This document shows, one piece after another, positions 8,128-16,900 of a stretch of 39,078 nucleotides of DNA (position 1 is its first letter; each line of letters begins with the position of its first letter). Made by a program: the position numbers and the translations under genes. The stretch spans positions 1-39,078 of the IMG/VR virus record IMGVR_UViG_3300020044_009858. One strand, 5' to 3'. Below the pieces are notes generated by a model, which saw only the letters and a list, made by a program, of their open reading frames with translations, was not told the origin of the DNA and did no database searches. The stretch is from a virus. Lineage: Duplodnaviria; Caudoviricetes.

Positions 8128-8912
8128 TGCTGTTCTGGTTTATATTCGTTAACCCATTGCCATACTCCCACCAATTTGTGAAAAGCGCGATAGGTCTCTT
8201 CTACGTCAGTATTAATACAAACAGCGATTTTACCAGCCTCTACAGTTGAAATATAAATGTTGCAGGTTTGTTGTGTATACTCTTCCGGCATCTTATATGC
8301 GTAAGAATAAGCAGCCAATTGAAGCCTGTTTTCCTTGTGTGATTCTTTGGGAAGCTTCTTTGTAGTTTTAAAATCAACAACAGTGTAGGTCAAACTGTCT
8401 GCATTTACGCATATAAGGTCTGTCTTTCCTGCGTATCCATCCCCAACAAGTGTTAATTCGGTAGCCATTACAACGCCAAACTTGTCCACTTCTTTTAAAA
8501 CTGGCTCAACATAAGCTTTTAAACTTTGGTCGTAATGTCTGCCATGAATTGCGTTTTCCAACGCATTGTGAATTTCTGTGCCAAGCTTTGCGGCGGCGGC
8601 AGCTTCTTTGTCCTGTTCCCTGTCAACAGATAGCACCCGTTTTACAAATGCATCATCATCTTCCCCGTTAAATCTTGGCGTTGTAAAAACAGCCAATATA
8701 ACCTGCTCCATCTTCCAGATATTTAACGCTGGTTTGTTCAGGCACTTCAGAATAGTGGTGACAGACGGGAGAAGGTTAAGCTCTTTAGCATGGCGAAGAG
8801 TTGTCTTCGTCATCCCGCTGCCATCCTTCTTTGGCAATTCGTAACACGGACTTCCATCTTGCGCGTACCAGTGTTCACCCTGACTGTCTCTTATATTGGC
8901 TGCTGTTGACAT
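8124..8912 (-). CDS. PD-(D/E)XK exonuclease (RecE/Cas4-like)
   Basis: LPSVTTIL, GTEIH, YAGKTDL, VVDFKT, LQLAAY. Confidence 0.88.
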   Translation of the reverse strand: MSTAANIRDSQGEHWYAQDGSPCYELPKKDGSGMTKTTLRHAKELNLLPSVTTILKCLNKPALNIWKMEQVILAVFTTPRFNGEDDDAFVKRVLSVDREQDKEAAAAAKLGTEIHNALENAIHGRHYDQSLKAYVEPVLKEVDKFGVVMATELTLVGDGYAGKTDLICVNADSLTYTVVDFKTTKKLPKESHKENRLQLAAYSYAYKMPEEYTQQTCNIYISTVEAGKIAVCINTDVEETYRAFHKLVGVWQWVNEYKPEQQ

Positions 8913-8913
8913 A

Positions 8914-9159
8914 TTAAATAAGTTTTTGTTTGCGTTTTATTCTGTTCATCATCTTTTCCGCCATTTCTTTAGTTTCTCCGTAAGCCAACAGCCTAAAAAT
9001 TTGTACAGTTTTGTCGGTTGTCTTGTATCCAGTCTTTCTGTTTCCCTCGTAAACCGGAACAACCATTGGGCGGTTTTCCATTACGCCAATCTGATTGTTA
9101 AGCCACGGGTTAATTGTGGAATTGTATTTGCGTGTAATCATATTATTCGGGCAATCCAT
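8914..9159 (-). CDS. hypothetical protein (start may be 9141)
   Basis: ORF fills the gap between the two recombination genes. Confidence 0.55.
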   Translation of the reverse strand: MDCPNNMITRKYNSTINPWLNNQIGVMENRPMVVPVYEGNRKTGYKTTDKTVQIFRLLAYGETKEMAEKMMNRIKRKQKLI

Positions 9160-9937
9160 CGGGGTAGAGTTCCATTGCAGCTACGTCTAAAGCAGCGCGA
9201 AAATCAACATTGCGGTCATCAATGTTCTTCATGTACCAAAGCAAAGAATTGGGCGGCAGTTCTTGCAATTGTTTGCCCTTGTTCTTGCCAAACGGAACAA
9301 TCTGCGTTTTCCAATCTTCAGCGTTTTCTGATTTTTGAAAAACAGGCTTCGGCTGCACTTCTTCAATCTCAATTGCTTCAGGAGTAGCAGCGGGTTTAGG
9401 AACGGGTGACTTGTAAACTGCGCGAGGCGCTTGAGGCTCGTCATTAAATCCTCCCTCCGGCACTTCTTCAGCGGGGGTGGTAGACAATCCGGCGTCCATT
9501 AGCACAACCACATGGGCAAAAGCAGAACGACAAACACGGCTGATAGCACGGGTCTGTGCCATAGCGCGAATTGCGTAATCTGCCCTTTTGGGCAGGGTTT
9601 TTCCGCTTCCGGTTTGTCCGCCATACCATGTAGGCTCATCTTGACCGACAAATCCTTCTGCCGTTGCGAGCAGGGAATTGTCACTCATCCGGCGAAGCTC
9701 TCCAATTGCGCGTACGCCTCCGTCTACTTTTTCAACTGACGAACAGCCAGCAACACAACCATGAGCGGTTGCAATTGATTGCCATCCTTCCACCTTGACG
9801 TATTTCCGTCCCTGAATATTGCAAGCGGTTTTCAGGACGATTTCTTTGCATAAACCTGCAACGTCAGAAGCGCGGCGGGTCAATACTTGTGCGTTTTCAT
9901 TTTGAGGAACAACTGCTAGTGATGTTTCTTTTTCCAT
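9143..9937 (-). CDS. probable ssDNA-annealing/recombination protein with C-terminal PFGKxKG domain
   Basis: IQGRKYVKVEGWQ, MAQTRAISR, TPAEEV, Pro-rich linker, VPFGKNKGKQL..LP...L.WY; near the exonuclease gene. Confidence 0.6.
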   Translation of the reverse strand: MEKETSLAVVPQNENAQVLTRRASDVAGLCKEIVLKTACNIQGRKYVKVEGWQSIATAHGCVAGCSSVEKVDGGVRAIGELRRMSDNSLLATAEGFVGQDEPTWYGGQTGSGKTLPKRADYAIRAMAQTRAISRVCRSAFAHVVVLMDAGLSTTPAEEVPEGGFNDEPQAPRAVYKSPVPKPAATPEAIEIEEVQPKPVFQKSENAEDWKTQIVPFGKNKGKQLQELPPNSLLWYMKNIDDRNVDFRAALDVAAMELYPDGLPE

Positions 9938-9971
9938 AGTGTTTATTGGTTATTATTGTCGGACGAGAATG

Positions 9972-10020
9972 ATTATGACAGTTTGTCGGACAGAATCAAG
10001 AAATATTTTAATTTTTTTTT
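9972..10020 (-). promoter_or_regulatory. sigma70-type promoter of the recombination/replication operon with operator
   Basis: A-tract, TTGATT (9994-9999), 16 bp, TGt-CATAAT (9972-9977); TGTCGGACA at 9984-9992 in the spacer. Confidence 0.7.
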
Positions 10021-10039
10021 GAAGATTAAAAAAAGACTG

Positions 10040-10068
10040 TTGACAGAAAAATCTGCGCAGCGTAAATT
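10040..10068 (+). promoter_or_regulatory. sigma70-type promoter, divergent
   Basis: TTGACA-17 bp-TAAATT with upstream A-tract. Confidence 0.75.
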
Positions 10069-10074
10069 GCCGAC

Positions 10075-10340
10075 AGCAGCATGATTGTATTCAAACAAAT
10101 TTTTAGAATATGCCTTATTCCTCTTCTGGAACAAAGGCAGACTCGTGCTGCTAATACCCGTCCCGTGCTTGAATACCACGGGGCGGGTTTCTGCTCACGG
10201 GTAGCAAAGCCATAACTTTCCCGAAACATTTTTGGTGCGTCTTTGGATGTACTGAAACAAACGCAGCCGTGGACATTACTCCGTTGCGTGGAGAAGGAAA
10301 AATCCAGCCTTCAGGTTTGAGGGTTGGCTTTTTCTTTCTT
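10075..10340 (+). ncRNA. candidate structured regulatory RNA or attenuated leader
   Basis: lies between the promoter at 10040 and the terminator at 10304; hairpins 10111-10139 and 10156-10188; loop complementary to 10087-10094. Confidence 0.45.
10304..10340 (+). terminator. rho-independent terminator
   Basis: CCAGCCTTCA-GGTT-TGAGGGTTGG followed by CTTTTTCTTTCTT. Confidence 0.75.
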
Positions 10341-10447
10341 CTTTAAACTTTTTTTCCTCCAGTGTGGGGGGACTTAAGGGGGGTCTTTTCTTCTTCTTTC
10401 TTGTTTGTTTTACATTTAACTTTCTTTAACCAATTGCGTAGGTTCAA

Positions 10448-10476
10448 TTGACAGACAGATAGAGGTCTGACAAATT
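10448..10476 (+). promoter_or_regulatory. promoter of the RHH gene overlapped by two operator-like boxes
   Basis: TTGACA-17 bp-CAAATT preceded by TGa; TGACAGACA 10449-10457 and GGTCTGACA 10464-10472. Confidence 0.6.
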
Positions 10477-10484
10477 GCCAACAT

Positions 10485-10673
10485 ATGGAAGCTCAACGCA
10501 TTAGTATTCGTTTAAATGAACAAGAACTAGCCCAATTCCGCTCATTGTCCGGAACTACGGACGCAGAGCGGTTTCGCATACTTCTTAAAGTTTATGCTGC
10601 CGCCAAAGTGGAAGTTGATTTGGACGATACAATTAAAAGCGATAAGCGGATTGGTCGGAAGCGGAATTCATAA
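10485..10673 (+). CDS. ribbon-helix-helix (CopG/Arc-like) transcriptional regulator
   Basis: QRISIRL beta-strand, NEQELAQFRSL helix, G-T-T-D-AERFRILL helix. Confidence 0.65.
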   Translation: MEAQRISIRLNEQELAQFRSLSGTTDAERFRILLKVYAAAKVEVDLDDTIKSDKRIGRKRNS

Positions 10674-10956
10674 GTTTTCGTATTTTCCGGCTCCACATTG
10701 GGTCTTGAGCGTACCGCTTGCCTAAAAAGTCTAAATAGTCTTTTTTTGCACCTGCTTTATTCCAATCCCTAAATGCGTGTTCTATGGTGTTTTTACACCA
10801 TTGTCTGGCTTCTGGGTAGGTCAACCTACGCTTGGAATGTATTCCGTAAGGAAAGCGCGTATTTTGACCACCTTCTTGAGTGTAAATGGCATTTAGCAGC
10901 TTGGTTTCGTATTGCGGTGTAAAGAACAATGCGGCAGCTAACACAATGTTTGTCAT
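10633..10956 (-). CDS. small lysozyme-fold muralytic enzyme, putative endolysin
   Basis: AIYTQEGG (candidate catalytic Glu), YGI, FLGKRYAQDPMW; hydrophobic N-terminus. Confidence 0.55.
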   Translation of the reverse strand: MTNIVLAAALFFTPQYETKLLNAIYTQEGGQNTRFPYGIHSKRRLTYPEARQWCKNTIEHAFRDWNKAGAKKDYLDFLGKRYAQDPMWSRKIRKLMNSASDQSAYRF

Positions 10957-13900
10957 TTTTTAATAATGTATCCTTCCGGCGGTTTAATTTCGGGCAACGC
11001 AGCTTGATTTGGAGACGGCGGGTGAAGCTCATTATACACAATTGCAAACCTTTGCCAGATGTACTGTCTCAATTCTTTTGCTTGAGCGTAAGTGCTTTTT
11101 TGTTGGTCTGTAAGGCTGTTTACAAATTGGGCTTCGTATTTGCCAGCGTATTTGTGAGTAGGAGCAAGAGATATTCTCATTCCGTTAATATTTCTGCCTT
11201 CAGATTCAAGCTTTTGAATTTCTTTTTTAGACCCTTCGTAGTCGCCAGCAATTAACAATGCGCGAAGGTTTGAATATCCTTGATGATTAACAAGGTATGC
11301 CTTGGAGCCGTATTTGTTTTGCAATTCCTTGTTATTGCTTTTGTCAGCCCATTTCGCTTCGTTTTGATAAGTTTCTTCAACGGCAGAAGCTCCTTTGTGC
11401 ATTGGAACAGACAAAGCAAACTGGTTTCCACGAAGAGCAAACGGAAGGAATATTGAACCAGCAGACACAACCCTGTCTGGAATACTGTAAAATTTAACTT
11501 TGTTGTCTAAAACCCACGATGCAGGATAAATTCCCAATTCGGTTGTAGGCGAAACGCCAGAAATTTGTTTGGTAATTTCCTGAATTGGTTGCGCAAGCTT
11601 TGGAACAAACGCCAACGGGTCAGTTGCCCAACGAATAATTTCAGAAGCTCGTTTTCCAAGATTAATGTAATGCCTTGTTAAATCATCTTTATGGTGCCAC
11701 GGCATCATTCTTAAAGCCGGAGTAATATCAATGCTGAATTTTTCACCGGACTGATTTTCCCACACAAAAGGTTTGTCGCCTTTTGATTTATCACCAAACG
11801 TTTGATACAAAGCCCATTGGGTAAATATTGAACCAATTGCCAAAGCGGAAAGCTCGCTAGCCCAAAACCTCATTCTTAACTGATTTCCTTTCCAGCCTTC
11901 GTATCTTGGGGCGTATCCTTTAACCACTTTAGACGCCATCCAGCTTGTTGCGTCTGAAATAAATGGAACGCTTTTAAGAGTTGAAATTGTCCAATCCGGA
12001 GCAAGTAAAAGTCTGCCCATTAGTTTTTGAACAGACGGACTCGCCCAAAACATAGCCTGTTTTTCTTGTCCGCCAAATGCGTCATTAATGTAAGAAGCGG
12101 CAATTTCCTTGTCTATTCCTTTGGAAACCAAATCCATCCAAGCAATCATTTTGTAGGCATCGTGCGTATTACGCCACAACGCTTTTTGCCTCCATTGATA
12201 AAGGTCAATTGCCTTTCCAACGCCTTTAATGTCTTTAACCCGCCTTAAAATGTTGTCTAAAGCAGATTGAGCGCCCATTTCAAACTGGTCTGCGTCCCTG
12301 TGGTCAGAAAGCTTTAAGCCGGAATAAACAGCCTCTTTTACAACGTCTTCGTTTTCCAACGCTTGCACACCAACTTTTCTAGTGCTTTGAAAAAGTTTTC
12401 TTTCTCCAGTAATAGGGTCAAACTCATTGAGCAACACCAATCCCCGAAGCGGATTATGTAATTGCAACATAGCGCCAACAGAAGCAAGGCGAAGCGTAAA
12501 ATCGTGAAATAAAGAACCAGCAAAAACACCAAGCCTAGTAGCAGAATTAAGCGCATCATAAAATCTTCCAGCCATGCTTGAAGTAGGTCTTTCTAAAATT
12601 TGCTTTAAAGCAGGAGCAACGTCAGGATGAACCATTGCACCAGTTCTCCACAACATTAATTTTGAACGGCTTCCGGTAGCCCAAGTAATCTGAATTAACG
12701 GGTGATTCATTAACACCCAATCTTCAGGAGCCAAGTCTTTTGGCAAAACAACAGCGTTTCCGTCTTTGCCTTTAAGGTTTTTGAGTTCTCCCAATACTTT
12801 TCTGGCAGCGGCAACGCGCCAGTTCATAGAAGTATAAATGGCATACAATTCAGACGGGTCTTGGCTAATGGGTTTTAACCCCAATTCAACAGCTTCCCTT
12901 AATGTGGGAAGTTTGCGTTCTTTTGCGCTTGAACTTTTTTTAGCCCAACTTGTAATTGCAGACGCGATTTTTCTAGAGCTTCCTTGATAAAAATGAGGAA
13001 GATAATCTTTAAGGAATTTAAGATATTCCGCTTCTCCATAATTGCGCAGCAATATGTTTATGTCTTGGCGTGTTTCTTCAGTGCTTTTGCGATAATCAAT
13101 AGCAAGTTCTCGCATTTCTGGCGTCATTCTTGCCACAACATCCGCAATTGTGTCTCCTGCAATTTCTAGGTTTCCAATGCCTTCAATGAACGCGCCAACG
13201 TCATTTCGTCTTGCAACATCTGGAACAAGCTTTTGCCATTTATCTGCTTTAATTTGAGCAGCTTGTTTGTTTGCGTCCGCCATTCTTACGGCTTCAACAA
13301 CAATTCCTTGAGCTTTTATGGCTAAATCTAATTCGTAATAAGTGTCGGCAGGTTTTCCGCGAGCCGGAAGCTTTCCGGTCATTCCCGCTGGTTTGCCAGT
13401 TGGAGCAGAAATTCGCTTGGCTGCAACTGGAGTAACATTTTCAACGTTTAATTCATCTAAAAGTATTTTAACATCTGGATGTTTAATAACTTCTTTTTCA
13501 AAAGCTTCTGTGAATTTTGGAGCCATTGACCTAGCCAATTCGGGGTCGTGAATGTAAAGACACATAAAATCGGCAAATAGCTCTTTGCCTTGTCTTCTGT
13601 ATTCAATAAACCGCTTGCTGCCAGCAATTTTGCCACGAAGCATTTCTGAAATAGGAATTATTTCGCCACGAACAATACTTTCCGGAAGATTAAACTTTTT
13701 GCCAAGAGCAGTGTATGGTTTGTCTTTTATAAACGGAAACATCGTGTTTTCAACGGCATGACCAAATTCATGTGCCATTGTGCGTTGATTTCTAATGTTT
13801 CCCATATGAATTTTGTCTTCAGCACCGCCCCAGAAAAAGGCTCCCAATACCCCGCCTTTCATGGCTTTATACCTAGCCAACGCACCAATAACACGGGTGG

Positions 13901-16900
13901 CTTCCAACAATTGACCAGTAAACGTTTTTCCGCGCTTTCTTACATTGGGCGGCAATCCAGAATCAGGCTCCGGTATTGGATGCACCTTTGAAGCTTCAAA
14001 ATCAGCAACGGCGTTTGCTGCGCTTTTGCCTTCTTGTTCAACATCCAAAACATCCATTTCAGCCATTTCTTTGGCAGTTTTGGGTTTTTTGGCTAAATCT
14101 GCTTTTGTAACGTGCGTTGAAACTTCTGGGTCATCTTTACCCCTAAACGGCATTACAATGTATTTTCCGTTTTTCCCAACAAGTATAATAGGAGCAAGTC
14201 CGGTTGTTGGCTTTCTTCCTTGGTCAAATTTTGATTTAATTGAAAACGTTTCGTCTCCAATTAAACGCAACGCATTTATGCCATCTAACAAATATTGAGG
14301 GTCAATATTGGCAATAATTTTAGCGCCTTTTTGCAATGAGCTTCCGTATTCGCCTATGTCTTCAGAAACAGCAGAAATTCCAATTGTTCCGTCTGGGTTG
14401 CGGTGAAGAGTAATTGATTTTTCTTTTTCAGTAACAATTTCTTGAGCTTGTCTAACAGATTGAAAAAGCTTTTCAGAATCAACGGAATCAACAATTGTGT
14501 CAATTTCGTTGTCCTTTGGAACTATTTGTTTCCAATTCGGATAAGCGCTTCCCGATTTAACTTCATTTCCTTTTTCGTCTATTAAAATTGGGTTTTTGCT
14601 TGTTCCGCCAATTTCGGCATTAACAATTAAAAGTCTTCTACCATCAGTAGAAACTGTAACCTCACCATCGCTAAATATGTGAACAATGTCTCCACGGCTT
14701 GTGTCTTCGCTAATTGAAATACTTGAAGCTTTTAAAATGTTTTCTTTTTTTAAGCTGCCCAATACGGCTGGCTTTGTTTGCGTAACTTTTACGTTTCCAG
14801 AAGTTTTAACGGCAATTCCAGAAGTTGGAAAACCAACAGCATGGTCATCTCTAAACTGTTTTAAAGTTTCTTTTGAATTAATTACAGAATAAACGCCATC
14901 TTTTGGTATTTTAATTGTTACAATAGGAGATTGATAAACAATTTGAGATTTAAGAATACCGGAAGAATCTTTGTCGCCTAACAGCAATCTTACTTTTACA
15001 TCGTCCGGTTTGTTTTTGTAAAACTCGCCAAAATCATATTTGCTTTCAATTTCGTCCAAAATTTTCTTTCTTCTGGCTTCAAATTCAGAACGTGTTTCTT
15101 TGCCGTTCATTTTGCTTGCTTCTTCAACAAGCAAAATGTCTTTGTCGGCTTGTACTTCTGGGCGCTTTTCTGGGGCTTCTTTAATGGCTTGGTCAACAGC
15201 ATCCAGCAAAAACTTCTTTTGTTCTTTGGCTTGTTTTGGGCTAAATTCTGTTTTTGTTGTGTCAATTTTAGCAGTTGTTTTTACATTTTCTGCGTTAAGA
15301 ACAATTTCTGTTTGACCTTTAACAGTTTCAATTTTTGGCAATTCAATTGGTTTTGCAACAATTTCTTCCGGCTTAACGGCTTCAACTGGTTTTTCTGTAG
15401 CAAATTTAACCACTTGAGAATGACCAAAAGACTCTACAAGACCTTTAACGCTTTCTCCGCGCTCGTTTACGTCCCCGTAACCAATTTTAACAATAGCGCC
15501 GTCATAGCCTTTTGATTTAAGGTATTCTTGGAGTTTAATTGTAGACGGGGCAATAAGCTCCGGATTTTTGTACCAAGTTTCCCCACGGCTATCTAATGCC
15601 GGAGTGTTGGCGTCTTTAAGCAACTGCCTCCATTTGGCATCGGAATCAATAACAATGGGGTTTGAAAGCTCTACATCGTAAGCCGTAACCTTTCCGTATA
15701 TTTGAGCGTCTTCTCGCGTTTCAGCGTAATAATCGCCCTTGCCAAGAATTGGCACAGCCCTGCCTTCTGCAACGGCTTCTGCTCCATAAATGTCTTCCGG
15801 CTTTGCCCCGCGACCCTGATAAAGCTTCTTTTTAAATACAGGCGGTTTGGCTTTAGTTGGAGGAAAATAAGTTTTAACAACATTTACGGATTTATTATTA
15901 AAAGAAAGATAATAATCTCCAGACGTAATTCCTTTTTCTCCGCCTTTAAGTATTAATCCATCATATCCTTGAGATTCAAGATACGATTTAATTTTATCGC
16001 CTCTTATTGGTTTTTTAACTGGGTCGTTTTGGTCTTCTCTAAATTTTTCAAAAAATTCACGCGCTTCATTTTCTGAATAAAATATTTTTGGATTGTTAAT
16101 TATTATTTCTCCGTAAAGAATGGCTCCCTCTCCGTTTTCTATGCTTTTTCCAAAAAAAACGGCGTCTTCAATTTTTGAAGACCACCAAGTTCCCATAGAA
16201 TCAGCGGATGCACCAATTTCTCTAGTTTTTCCGGCTGGAGAAATATTTAAAACAAGACCTTCAAATTTTCCTTTTCTCGCTATTTCAGCAGACCCGTGAT
16301 AAACTTTAATTTTTTTACCAGCGGCTTGATTTACGTCTTTTGGTGCGTCTATTGCTTTAGAAACATCAATTGGCACTGGCTCAACCGGAACAACTGGCTC
16401 CGTTGCTTTAGTTTTTGGGTTTCTTTTAATTAAAGAAATGCCATCTGATTCAAAACCAAGTTTTTCGTACCATTTGCGAAGCTCTGCTTTATTAAGGTTT
16501 TTTTGACCTTTTTTAATAAAAATTTTTATTGGAGCAATTTCTGCCGTTAATTTAGTTCCGACAGCATCGGCAACTTCAACAACATCTTTCATCATTTTTG
16601 AAGCTCCTCCCTTTCCTCTTGCTTTAGGGTCTGTAACTATTGCTTCAATATGAAAGCCGTCTTTTTTGTTTTGTAAATATCTGTGTACATCGCCTTTTTG
16701 TTCGCCAAATACATCAGTAGAAAAAGCTAGCTTTGTTTTTCCGTCTGGAGAAATAAGGGTTATGTAACTTGAATTTCCTATAACAAGTTTGTTTTGGGAA
16801 TTAATTTTATGCCCAGCGTATGTATATCCGCGATTGAGCATCCCTTCTATCCAATTATCTTGAACATCAATGCCAGATTTAAGTTCAGCAGGAATAATTG

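Noticed and set aside
8124-8912. Cas4 as evidence of a CRISPR system
   Set aside because: No Fe-S cysteine set, no array; context near an annealing protein indicates a phage exonuclease
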